64,000 bases of DNA from Candidatus Chazhemtobacterium aquaticus (GCF_009936135.1 NZ_CP047901.1:152984-216983); one strand, 5' to 3'; shown: positions 19,200 through 28,248, counted from the stretch's first letter. Notes: generated by a model not told the origin, from the sequence alone. Translations and numbers: made by a program.

Positions 19200-20096
19200 T
19201 CATTGATGTGCATCAATGCTGGAGACATATGACTGTTCTCTACTTTCCACGCACTTGGTTACCTGATTAGAAACAAAACTATTCAGACGCACAAATAGTT
19301 CATAACTAGGCGACCAAACCTTATCATCTTTTTCCATGTTCTCAACCACCAACTTGCAAGAATTAGCCTTGTCTCTATCAATTAGGCGGCCATGAGCCTT
19401 TGTAACTTTTGGCGTTAAGAACATCTTTATGTTCTTTTTTATGTCTTTTTTACTTAATGACGACATCATCCCTGTTTTCAAAGCTCCGACCGCAATATCT
19501 GCTGACAAGGAGATTGCATCTTCGTATTCTTTTATTTCTCTTGAGTCATATCTGAGAAGTTGTTGGAGATAAGGTTCGAGATTCCCTTTTTCATTTGTCG
19601 CCTTATCGAACAAGTCTCTATAACTCTCCACAATGTTATATAGCGAAAACCTCTTATACCTACCATCTTCCACAAACGACAATTGAGGATCAATAGGTCC
19701 CAACTCCGAAGCTGGTCCCATATATATTTTGCTTGCACCGAAACATACCATAGTCGCAGCAGATTTAGCTTTCCCTGGAATGATTACCCAGTAGTCACCT
19801 GTGCCACTGTACCGTCTACAAATATTTATTATTCGTTCTGCGGCCAAACCACTTCCGCCTGGCGAACTTAGCAATAAAGCAATACCATCACTCAAGTCCA
19901 TTGTCTGCAATAAAGCCTCTAGCATATCAGCATCATCATCACTCAAGATAACTGGATATTTAAAGCTAGTAAAAAGAGAAATAACAGTCCTGCCCAACTC
20001 TCGTTCAAGCTTAATTATTACCTTCTTTCTCGTATCGTGAGATTGATTTCTCTCATTAAGCACCTGTCCTATTACAGGTATCTTACTGCCTGCCAT
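19200..20096 (-). CDS. SDH-family / SppA-ClpP-fold serine protease
   Basis: LLLSSPGGSGLAAE, AKSAATM, SELGPIDPQ, HGRLI. Confidence 0.85.
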   Translation of the reverse strand: MAGSKIPVIGQVLNERNQSHDTRKKVIIKLERELGRTVISLFTSFKYPVILSDDDADMLEALLQTMDLSDGIALLLSSPGGSGLAAERIINICRRYSGTGDYWVIIPGKAKSAATMVCFGASKIYMGPASELGPIDPQLSFVEDGRYKRFSLYNIVESYRDLFDKATNEKGNLEPYLQQLLRYDSREIKEYEDAISLSADIAVGALKTGMMSSLSKKDIKKNIKMFLTPKVTKAHGRLIDRDKANSCKLVVENMEKDDKVWSPSYELFVRLNSFVSNQVTKCVESREQSYVSSIDAHQ

Positions 20097-20157
20097 GAGC
20101 AGATTCTAACATAAACTTGATAAAATAAGATAAACAACAATAAAGATGTAACGACTA

Positions 20158-20541
20158 ATGACCTACGAAGAAAAACTCAACATCACTGTTGAAGCTATTA
20201 ACGAAGCTAGACAGTTCACTAGCAAAGAATACTTCACCAAACTCAGACTTGGCACAGGTAACGGACTTTCAAGAATTGATTTAGGCCAACTTCACGACAT
20301 CCTTCTTCAACTGGAACAAGACGAAAAGATAATCAAAATCGAAGACACTCCAACAGCTCTCAAAAGCCTGACCAATAAGACCTCTGACATCATGAATGCA
20401 GGAGGTAACAAGAACTACTTTCTTATAGATGTATTACTATGGACTTCTATGAGAAAAAACGAGAAGAGTATCGCAATAAACAAGACGAAATATCAACAAA
20501 AATATCAAGACTCCAAACAGTCGACAAGGACTACTATCTAG
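20158..20541 (+). pseudogene. Hypothetical gene, probably truncated and fused out of frame onto the integrase remnant
   Basis: The 3' third overlaps the integrase-homologous segment that begins at 20433. Confidence 0.5.
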
Positions 20542-20759
20542 CCTCAGAATACATCCTAAAACTCGCCAACAAGGCAGCAGATCTGCTAAAACGTTCCGAA
20601 CAGAAAGAAAAACGCATCCTAATCAACATGACACTTCAGAACCTTACCTTAGATGGCAAAAAAGTGCGATATGAATGGAAAAAACCATTCGACAAAATCG
20701 CATTTTATGCACATCGTCAAGCCTGGCTCCCCGGGCTGGATTCGAACCAGCGACCTTGA
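20433..20759 (+). pseudogene. C-terminal remnant of a site-specific integrase reading into tRNA-Asn (antisense)
   Basis: Ends WLPGLDSNQRP, encoded by the reverse complement of the tRNA 3' end; paralogous to 9566-9970. Confidence 0.75.
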
Positions 20760-20798
20760 AGTTAACAGCTTCCTGCTCTACCGCTGAGCTACCGGGGA
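20724..20798 (-). tRNA. tRNA-Asn(GTT), CCA encoded
   Basis: TCCCCGG/CCGGGGA acceptor stem, anticodon loop ctGTTaa, GGTTCGAATC T-loop. Confidence 0.97.
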
Positions 20799-20865
20799 AT
20801 AAAAGAACTCTCTCATTCTACCGTAAAACTAATAAAACCTCTACCTCTCCAGCCTCAAAAAAACT

Positions 20866-21084
20866 TTATTTCTTCCCCTTTTTCTCAAAAAACAGCATAT
20901 AAACCACCGGCAATATCCCCACGCTATTTATCACCAACATTGCCACAAACCAGCCTTGCTGTCCTTTTCTAGCCGCTCTCCACATTCCCATGCCTCGTAA
21001 AATCACATCAGCCACGATTATCAACATCAACACCGTCCACCACCCACCCATTGCCGCCTCCATTATCTCCCAGTTACCTCTCAT
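20866..21084 (-). CDS. Small membrane protein (DUF5652-like)
   Basis: GMWRAARKGQQGWFVAMLVINSVGILPVVY. Confidence 0.75.
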   Translation of the reverse strand: MRGNWEIMEAAMGGWWTVLMLIIVADVILRGMGMWRAARKGQQGWFVAMLVINSVGILPVVYMLFFEKKGKK

Positions 21085-21413
21085 CTAATCCTTGATAGCA
21101 CCATATTAACCAAAGACAACATCACCGCTGCCAGTAACGCCACCCAGAAACTCACAATCTCAAATCCTGGTACCAATCTAGCCGTCAACATAAGTAGCAA
21201 CGCATTAATCACAAAGGTAAACAATCCCAGTGTTGCGATATTCACCGGCAACGTTAGTAATACCAGTAATGGCCTCACCAGCATCGCCATTATCCCCCAC
21301 ACTACCGCCACTACTAACAAAGCCTCCCATCCTGCAATCTCCACCCCAGGAATCAGATAAGCTACTACATAAAAAGCAATCGCATTCACTACTAAGTTTA
21401 CTAACATACCCAC
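21081..21413 (-). CDS. 4-TM 'phage holin family' membrane protein (YvlD-like)
   Basis: VRPLLVLLTLPVNIATLGLFTFVINALLL...PGFEI.SFW.A. Confidence 0.85.
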   Translation of the reverse strand: MGMLVNLVVNAIAFYVVAYLIPGVEIAGWEALLVVAVVWGIMAMLVRPLLVLLTLPVNIATLGLFTFVINALLLMLTARLVPGFEIVSFWVALLAAVMLSLVNMVLSRIR

Positions 21414-21470
21414 ATCCTATCATTTCTTTCTCCCCTTGCAAACTTTTTTTAGGGCCATATAATCACCCCT

Positions 21471-22163
21471 GTGGCAGTTCCAAAAGAAAAACGAAACCAC
21501 GTAGAAAACCTTCGCGGAAAAGACGGCAAACTCCGCGTCATCGACGCCTCCATGTACTCCGGCAAAACCGAACGCCTCATCACCATGGCCAAACGATTTG
21601 AACGCTCCGGCATCCCCACCCAAGCCTTCAAGCACCCCATTGATAATCGTTACAACGGCCCCACTACCCTAAACTCCCACTCTGGTCTCTCCCATCCTTG
21701 CGAAGCCTATGCCCACCCTTTTGAGGTCTACCAACACATTAAGCCGGAAACTCTAGTCGTTCTCTGGGACGAAGCCCAGTTCTACACTGATCCCGACGAT
21801 CCTCATAAAGCCCACCAACTTCACCAAGCCATGATTCTCACTGTCGAACAACTGGTTCATGAAGGTCGCCTAGTTGTCATCGCCGGTCTCGGCCTTGACT
21901 TTAAAGGTGAGGGTTTTGGTCCCATGCCCGAACTCCTAGCCCATGCCAGCCAAGTCGAAAAGTTAACTGCCGTTTGTGCTCACTGTGGCTCACTCGATGC
22001 CGATCGCACCCAACGCCTCATTGATGGCCAGCCCGCTCCCTACAACAGCCCTCTCATTGTTGTTGGTGCCCAGGAAAACTACGAAGCCCGATGCCGTGAC
22101 TGCCATGATGTTCCAGGCGCTCCCAGCTTCCATGATCTCCTCGCTTCCTTTTTGGAAGAATAA
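21471..22163 (+). CDS. tdk: Thymidine kinase
   Basis: SMYSGKTE, DEAQF, AGLGLDFKGEGFG, KLTAVCAHCG, YEARCRDC. Confidence 0.92.
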   Translation: MAVPKEKRNHVENLRGKDGKLRVIDASMYSGKTERLITMAKRFERSGIPTQAFKHPIDNRYNGPTTLNSHSGLSHPCEAYAHPFEVYQHIKPETLVVLWDEAQFYTDPDDPHKAHQLHQAMILTVEQLVHEGRLVVIAGLGLDFKGEGFGPMPELLAHASQVEKLTAVCAHCGSLDADRTQRLIDGQPAPYNSPLIVVGAQENYEARCRDCHDVPGAPSFHDLLASFLEE

Positions 22164-22166
22164 CTC

Positions 22167-23276
22167 CTAAAGATAATCCTGCAGTTTTTTCTTTGATGAT
22201 GGATGGCGCAGTTTTCTTAATGCCTTAGCTTCAATCTGTCTAATCCGCTCTCTGGTCACTCCAAACTCTCTCCCCACCTCTTCTAAAGTCATTGGCTTCT
22301 CACCATGCAATCCAAATCGCATCTCTAACACCTTCTTCTCCCGATCAGACAACGAGTCCATCACTTCCTGTACATTTTCCTTAAGTAATCTCTGAGAAGT
22401 CTGGTCATAAGGTGAAGCCTGTGTCTCATCAGGAATAAAATCACCCAATAGCGAATCCTCTTCATCTCCAATCGGTGTCTCTAGTGAGGTTGTCTTCTGA
22501 GCAATCTTAAAAATCTCCCTAACTCTATCAGGATCTATCTCCAGCACACTTCCTACCTCTTCCGGAGTTGGCTCTCTGCCCAGTTCTTGCATCAACTGCC
22601 TCTGTGTCTTCATTAGCTTGTTGATTGTCTCCACCATGTGAACCGGAATTCGAATCGTCCTTGCCTGATCTGCAATCGCTCTAGTGATCGCCTGTCTAAT
22701 CCACCAAGTTGCATAGGTTGAAAACTTAAAACCCTTGGTCCAGTCATACTTCTCTACCGCTCGAATTAGTCCCTTGTTTCCCTCCTGGATTAAGTCCAAG
22801 AAGCTCATTCCTCTGCCGATATACTTCTTTGCAATCGACACCACCAATCTCAAGTTACTCGAGGTCAACTTCTCCTTTGCCTTTACATCTCCCTTATCCA
22901 CTCTCTGCGCTAAAGAAATCTCCTCCTCTCGAGCCAACAAAGGAATCCGACCAATCTCTTTTAAATACATTCTTACCGGATCCTTAATCGCCTTATCATC
23001 CAAAGCCGTTAATGCCTCAAGTTCCTTTTCTAGTTCCTCACTTACCTCGCTTACCTCAACCTCTTCACCTTCCTCCACCGTCTCAAATACATCAATCTCC
23101 TCCTTCAATAACTGATCATATAGCTTGTCAACCTCATCAATATGCTCCTCAGCCTCAGGAAATAGGCGCAAAATATCCTCTTGAGTCACAAACCCCTGTT
23201 CGCGGCCCTGTTCCAGCAATCCTTCCCAACTGATGGTTTGCTTTGGGATCGTTATCTTATTCTTCTTAGTAGCCAT
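22167..23276 (-). CDS. rpoD: RNA polymerase primary sigma factor
   Basis: [55 protein letters not shown]. Confidence 0.97.
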   Translation of the reverse strand: MATKKNKITIPKQTISWEGLLEQGREQGFVTQEDILRLFPEAEEHIDEVDKLYDQLLKEEIDVFETVEEGEEVEVSEVSEELEKELEALTALDDKAIKDPVRMYLKEIGRIPLLAREEEISLAQRVDKGDVKAKEKLTSSNLRLVVSIAKKYIGRGMSFLDLIQEGNKGLIRAVEKYDWTKGFKFSTYATWWIRQAITRAIADQARTIRIPVHMVETINKLMKTQRQLMQELGREPTPEEVGSVLEIDPDRVREIFKIAQKTTSLETPIGDEEDSLLGDFIPDETQASPYDQTSQRLLKENVQEVMDSLSDREKKVLEMRFGLHGEKPMTLEEVGREFGVTRERIRQIEAKALRKLRHPSSKKKLQDYL

Positions 23277-23359
23277 CCTTTATACAACTGAAAAAATCCA
23301 CCCCTTTCTTTGGGTGGTTCATCAAACTGCGCCTAATATATCATTGCTTCTCATCTTTT

Positions 23360-25096
23360 TCAAACTTTAGCTATTTTTTTGCTCAATCTCACCACTTTAT
23401 CCCGAAGCTTAGCCACTCTCTCATCGTCTCCATTTTCCTCTGCTTCAACCAGCTCTTTCCTTAAGCTCTCCATCACCTCTCTCCACCTTTTTTTTCTCCA
23501 CTGTTCTACCACTTCACGTAAATCTCTCTCTGCCCTCTCTTCATCAACCTCCTGAATATACGCCTCCTCTGCCAAACCTCGTAGCTCAGCCGGCAGTGAT
23601 TTAATAAACTCAACCACTTCTTTCTTGCTTCCAAACCATTCCTTAACCACTCTTTGTAAACTATCCTCCATTAAATCCACTACTTCTTCTAATACCCCCT
23701 CACCTTTCTCTTTATCTAACCGCAACAACAAAGCCAATATCTGTCTCTCCATTCCACTACCCCTATCCTTCACCTCGCTCACATCCTCACTCATATTTTC
23801 TCCTCGCACCACACTCATCCTCCCTACTCTGGACATCTCACTTAAAACCACCTCCGTCTCCACCTCCAAGACTCTCGCCAACTTCTTTGCATAATGCATT
23901 CTCATGACTTCATTCTCGATTCTTGCCAGCACCGGCACCACCTCCTCACTCATCCTCCGTTTATCTTGTGCTTGAGCACCACCATATCTCTCCACCGCAC
24001 TCTCGATATAGTAGTCATATACATCCACCGCCTGTTCCACCATCTTCCGCCACTCTCCTGGTTTTTCCCTAGCCACGTCATCAGGATCCTTACCCCCACT
24101 TACCTTCACTACCCGCACATACATACCTTCCTTCTCAGCCAACTCAATCGACCTTCTTGTCGCCGTCTGACCAGCACCATCTGCATCCAACGCCAATATC
24201 AAATTCCTCGTCATCCTCCTTATCAGCCTTATCTGCCCCTCTGTTAATGCTGTTCCCTTTACCGCGACTGTTTCTCCCACACCTGCCACAAAACTACTAA
24301 TCATATCCATCTCACCCTCCACTAACACTACTCGATCCTTTTCTCGTATAGCTTGCTTGGCTTGATAAAAACCATACAACATCTCTGACTTGTGATACAC
24401 CTCAGTCTCGGGTGAGTTAATATATTTAGCCCCCGCTTTCTCATCAGCCCCTGGCATTACTCTACCTGCCAATCCCACCACCCTTCCCCTGTGATCAATC
24501 AATGGAAAAACCACCCTGTCCCTAAATCGATCATATGCCTTGTTCTCTCCCGTCTTGACCACCAAACCAGCTTGTTCCAGCAAATCAATCTTGTAACCCT
24601 TCTTACCCACCAAATACTTCACTAAACCATCCCACGTGGGCAATGCATATCCCAATCTAAAACTCTCTATCACCTTCTCGTTTAATCCTCTTCCCGACAA
24701 ATACTTTCTCGCTTCTCCTCCCACTTGGTGTTTACTTAACAAAAAATGATAATACTCAGCTGCCGCCTCATTCACAGCCAATAACTGATCTCTTACCCCT
24801 CCCCCTTGCTTACGCTCAAATTTTAAAACCACACCTGCCTTCTCAGCCAACATCTCCAGTGCCTCCCTAAACTCCACCCCTTCCACCTCCTGAATAAAGG
24901 AGATCGCATCGCCACCCTTTCCACACCCAAAGCACTTGTATATCTGCAGCTCCGGATTAACCATGAATGACGGCGTCTTTTCCTGATGAAACGGACACAA
25001 ACCCTTAAAGTTCCTCCCCGCCTGCTTTAGGTTCACATACGACCCCACCAACTCCACGATATCGATTTTTGCCTTAATCTCTTCTATTTGATCCAT
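23360..25096 (-). CDS. dnaG: DNA primase
   Basis: CPFH.EKTPSF zinc finger, KYINSPET, VEGEMD, DADGAG TOPRIM. Confidence 0.97.
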   Translation of the reverse strand: MDQIEEIKAKIDIVELVGSYVNLKQAGRNFKGLCPFHQEKTPSFMVNPELQIYKCFGCGKGGDAISFIQEVEGVEFREALEMLAEKAGVVLKFERKQGGGVRDQLLAVNEAAAEYYHFLLSKHQVGGEARKYLSGRGLNEKVIESFRLGYALPTWDGLVKYLVGKKGYKIDLLEQAGLVVKTGENKAYDRFRDRVVFPLIDHRGRVVGLAGRVMPGADEKAGAKYINSPETEVYHKSEMLYGFYQAKQAIREKDRVVLVEGEMDMISSFVAGVGETVAVKGTALTEGQIRLIRRMTRNLILALDADGAGQTATRRSIELAEKEGMYVRVVKVSGGKDPDDVAREKPGEWRKMVEQAVDVYDYYIESAVERYGGAQAQDKRRMSEEVVPVLARIENEVMRMHYAKKLARVLEVETEVVLSEMSRVGRMSVVRGENMSEDVSEVKDRGSGMERQILALLLRLDKEKGEGVLEEVVDLMEDSLQRVVKEWFGSKKEVVEFIKSLPAELRGLAEEAYIQEVDEERAERDLREVVEQWRKKRWREVMESLRKELVEAEENGDDERVAKLRDKVVRLSKKIAKV

Positions 25097-25224
25097 ATCT
25101 TCTCCTCTATTCCGACATAGTATAACCCCTCAACAAATATCTATTCACAATATTTGACTTCACAATATCCATTCAGTCCCAATTCTACTTCATCTAGCCA
25201 TATAAATGGTAAAATTACCTATCT

Positions 25225-25298
25225 GCACCCGTAGCTCAGCTGGATAGAGCACCAGTTTGCGGAACTGGGGGTCGTGCGTTCGAATCGCGCCGGGTGCG
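25225..25298 (+). tRNA. tRNA-Arg(GCG)
   Basis: Cloverleaf; anticodon arm ccagt-ttGCGga-actgg. Confidence 0.92.
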
Positions 25299-25313
25299 CA
25301 TCCATATCCATTA

Positions 25314-25403
25314 GGTGGGGTGCAGGAGTGGTTGAACTGGTCGCTCTCGAAAAGCGATGTAGGCGCAAGCTTACCGTGGGTTCGAATCCCACCCCCACCG
25401 CCA
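25314..25403 (+). tRNA. tRNA-Ser(CGA), CCA encoded
   Basis: tcgct-ctCGAaa-agcga, long variable arm. Confidence 0.95.
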
Positions 25404-25419
25404 AATTTCATTCCCTCTA

Positions 25420-25491
25420 GCCCTCATAGTTTAATGGATAAAACAACGGTTTCCGGAACCGTAGCTGGAGGTTCGATTCCTCCTGGGGGCA
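25420..25491 (+). tRNA. tRNA-Arg(CCG)
   Basis: acggt-ttCCGga-accgt. Confidence 0.92.
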
Positions 25492-25579
25492 CTTCACCAC
25501 CAAATCAAACATCACCAGATCTCCCTAAATCTACTACTCAATAAAACAAGTCTTGGCCTTGGTATAATAAACAAACTCC

Positions 25580-25663
25580 GGAGGAGTCAGATAGCGGTCC
25601 ATTCTGCCTGCTTGGAAAGCAGGTGTGCGCAAGCACACGTGGGTTCGAATCCCACCTCCTCCG
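25580..25663 (+). tRNA. tRNA-Ser(GGA)
   Basis: cctgc-ttGGAaa-gcagg, long variable arm; TGGTATAAT upstream. Confidence 0.93.
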
Positions 25664-25678
25664 CCCCGTATAACCTAT

Positions 25679-26203
25679 CTACTCCAACGGAACTTTCTCA
25701 TTAAACCAACTCACCATCTTGTCTATTCTCGTCACAGTAGGCACCTCCCACTCCAGATACTCACTCAACACTCTCTTAACATCGTTTTCATTTACTCCAC
25801 CGCTCTTAGGTAACACCATTACCAACCTTGTCGGCCACCGTCGATATGTCATCACGTGCAATACCTTTCTACCTTCCTGCTCATCAATCCAATAATTGCC
25901 TAGCTCATCCCAAACATATCTTGCCCCTTCAGTCACAATTCCTTTATTCGTAATCTGATGCATCACTATTCTCGGCTCTGCATTAATCAATGCATACCCT
26001 ACAAATAAAATTGCCGCCACCACCAACACTGGCATAATTCCTTCAATGAAAAACAACACAATACCTACTAAGATCGCCAACACCATCATTGTGCTATAAA
26101 AATCCCTCGACTTCTTTATAGCCAACCTCTCCTCAGCTTCCCATCGCAACAACTCTCTCTCCTGACCATAATCCTGCACCACCTCTCCTTTCTTTTTCTC
26201 CAT
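25679..26203 (-). CDS. Conserved 2-TM membrane protein
   Basis: LLRWEAEER...two TM helices...ITNKGI...Y.WDELGNYW. Confidence 0.75.
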   Translation of the reverse strand: MEKKKGEVVQDYGQERELLRWEAEERLAIKKSRDFYSTMMVLAILVGIVLFFIEGIMPVLVVAAILFVGYALINAEPRIVMHQITNKGIVTEGARYVWDELGNYWIDEQEGRKVLHVMTYRRWPTRLVMVLPKSGGVNENDVKRVLSEYLEWEVPTVTRIDKMVSWFNEKVPLE

Positions 26204-26268
26204 ACCTTAATCGTATCATTTTTCCTCTTCTCACCAACCACACTAAAATACTTTAAATAATTACTCTG

Positions 26269-26353
26269 CGGAGACGGTGGGATTCGAACCCACGTGTCCC
26301 GTTAAGGACGCGGGTTAGCAACCCGCTGCCATCGGCCTCTAGGCGACGTCTCC
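26269..26353 (-). tRNA. tRNA-Ser(GCT)
   Basis: gcggg-ttGCTaa-cccgc, long variable arm. Confidence 0.93.
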
Positions 26354-26369
26354 ATGCTTATACATTCTA

Positions 26370-26996
26370 TCATGCCACCAGCCTCAGAACGCCTGAAGCC
26401 CACCTCGAATAAATCCCCATCAACCTGATATTCATCGAATAATCATAGTATCTCAAGCTACACGTTCCATGATAAACGCTCCTATACTTCCCACCAACCT
26501 TCCTCGTCACTTTAGGTCTGTAGAACCGTGACACAGGGATTGACAAAACGCCTGACCAAAACCCAATAACCTCCGACCTGTCGTGAGACTCATGAATCTG
26601 CAACCATACCCTAAATTTAGTCTCATCAAGAACAAACCCTCTTCTCAACAAACCAATAAAAACTTTTTGCATTTGCTCATCACTACTTGTAAACCCGAGG
26701 TGTGTCGTTGATGGATATTTACTTCCTTCACACCAATACAAAATTGCAGCCAAAACTCGAGCCTCGTCATCCCTCAAACTATCAACACTAACTCTATCCA
26801 TTCTGTAAAATCTCATTCTCTTTAAATGATTTTTCCTAACCAAACCATTTCTTTTCACCACCGACCTACCCAAATCGTTACACCAACAACTCACCATCGA
26901 GGGGTGCACTCCCAATTTTGACGCTATGGCCCTGTAACACCAACCCTCATCCCTAAGTTTCCTTGCTAAAACCACCTTAGACTCTCTCCCAACCAT
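26370..26996 (-). CDS. HTH plus LAGLIDADG-like endonuclease-related protein
   Basis: N-terminal HTH (LRDEGWCYRAIASKLGVHPSMVSCW); AILYWCEGSK...FTSSDEQM...FW...YHGTC. Confidence 0.7.
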   Translation of the reverse strand: MVGRESKVVLARKLRDEGWCYRAIASKLGVHPSMVSCWCNDLGRSVVKRNGLVRKNHLKRMRFYRMDRVSVDSLRDDEARVLAAILYWCEGSKYPSTTHLGFTSSDEQMQKVFIGLLRRGFVLDETKFRVWLQIHESHDRSEVIGFWSGVLSIPVSRFYRPKVTRKVGGKYRSVYHGTCSLRYYDYSMNIRLMGIYSRWASGVLRLVA

Positions 26997-27036
26997 ACTA
27001 TTACCCTAACAAAACCCAAACACGCAGTCAACTACC

Positions 27037-27122
27037 TGGCGGTGGGGACAGGACTCGAACCTGCAAGCCCTTGCGGGCGCCAGTTTTCAAGACTGGTTCC
27101 TTACCATTCGGAGCACCCCACC
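27037..27122 (-). tRNA. tRNA-Ser(TGA), CCA encoded
   Basis: ccagt-ctTGAaa-actgg, long variable arm. Confidence 0.95.
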
Positions 27123-27151
27123 AACACCATAATTTTACCATTTTTCAGCCT

Positions 27152-27805
27152 CTAGCCTGCCAAGGCCCATCCACCCACCCATCTTGCACCTCCCTTCTTA
27201 AGCACCTTAGCTACCTCCTTCATAGTTCCTCCTGTTGTCACTACATCATCTACCACCACCAATCTCTTCCCCTTAATCAACTCCATATTTACCAGCTCAA
27301 ATGCTCCCAAAATCTCCCTTTCCCTCTCATTTTTTCCCATCTCTGCCACAGGCCTGGTCGCTTTTTTTCTTTTAACCACTTCCAACACCTTAACACCCCA
27401 ACTCTCTGCCAAAATCTCAGCCAACATCATTGCTTGATTAAAACCTCTCCAGTTCTCTCTTACTCTATGTAGTGGCACCGGCACCACCCCATCCACTCTC
27501 ATAAAAACCTGTCTCCTTCCATACTCTCCCACGCACTCTCTAAGCAACTGGTGTCTAAACCGGTACTTAACTGCCTTAATTACCCTCTGCATCAATCCTT
27601 CATATCTAAAAACTCTAAAAACCGCATCTAGGCCCAACTCTTTACAACACCTCTTGTGAGTCCGACCACCAATCGAACCTTTTCTACACTCAACACAAAC
27701 CTGCCTCGCCTTAACTAACCTCAATCTACACCCCTCACACAACTCCACCCCCTCCTTACCACAACCAGCGCACTTAACTGGAAACAACCACTCCCATCCT
27801 CTCAC
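27152..27805 (-). CDS. comF: ComF family phosphoribosyltransferase-like competence protein
   Basis: CAGC...CEGC zinc ribbon, VPVPLH...RGFNQA, VVDDVVTTGGT. Confidence 0.9.
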   Translation of the reverse strand: MRGWEWLFPVKCAGCGKEGVELCEGCRLRLVKARQVCVECRKGSIGGRTHKRCCKELGLDAVFRVFRYEGLMQRVIKAVKYRFRHQLLRECVGEYGRRQVFMRVDGVVPVPLHRVRENWRGFNQAMMLAEILAESWGVKVLEVVKRKKATRPVAEMGKNEREREILGAFELVNMELIKGKRLVVVDDVVTTGGTMKEVAKVLKKGGARWVGGWALAG

Positions 27806-27822
27806 TCTTATATCCTAAACCA

Positions 27823-27858
27823 AAAAAAAGACGCCCCCTAAAGGCGCCTTTCTTTTCT
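27823..27858 (-). terminator. tmRNA terminator
   Basis: Minus strand aaaggcgcc-ttagg-gggcgtcttttttt. Confidence 0.7.
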
Positions 27859-28248
27859 TGGTGGAGACGGTGGGAGTCGAACCCACGTCCGCAAACAATC
27901 TTTAATCAGCTTCTACAAGTTTAGTCTGTCTTTACTACTACCCGACAACAGCCGACAAACAGGTTTCATTATCAGGAGATGATTTTTTACTTAAGAAAGA
28001 CTCAATCACCTTCTTTCCTGCAGCTTGAGTATTTTCCACTCCTAGAGTTGCCCCAAGCATCTCCTCTAAGCGTGTCTTAGGCAGCGTAAGCGAAAGCGAA
28101 CGCAGCTTCAGAAGCGGGCTCACCTAAAGGTGAGTCGCTGGCTGAGATGATTTTATCCTCAGTTGTTTTTTTTAAGCCGTTTTACGAGTTGTGCCTAGCT
28201 CGACTTGCCGCTGTCAAAGTTCATCCACGTCAAAATCCTGACGTCCCC
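27859..28248 (-). ncRNA. ssrA: tmRNA
   Basis: 5' GGGGACG...TTGAC; 3' GGTTCGACTCCCACCGTCTCCACCA with G3.U70; tag ORF ending AFAYAA*; near smpB. Confidence 0.95.

Larger units (their letters stand above)
5508..20723. mobile_element. tRNA-Asn-anchored accessory island made of tandem cassettes
   Basis: Abuts the tRNA-Asn 3' end; two integrase C-terminal remnants; repeated att-like sites; accessory cargo; weaker C-skew than the flanks. Left boundary is uncertain. Confidence 0.65.

Noticed and set aside
21081-21413. 'Phage holin' as evidence of a prophage
   Set aside because: This 4-TM family is commonly chromosomal; it lies outside the island with no lysin or structural genes.
23291-23320. Hairpin plus U-tract between dnaG and rpoD as a riboswitch or attenuator
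   Set aside because: Only a simple ccaccc/gggtgg stem; no aptamer or alternative structure recognised, so most simply a terminator.
25190-25813. ORFs 25190-25411, 25219-25404, 25257-25544, 25625-25813
   Set aside because: They overlap tRNA genes; shadow translations.
27938-28123. 61-aa ORF
   Set aside because: Lies inside tmRNA and is not the tag frame.
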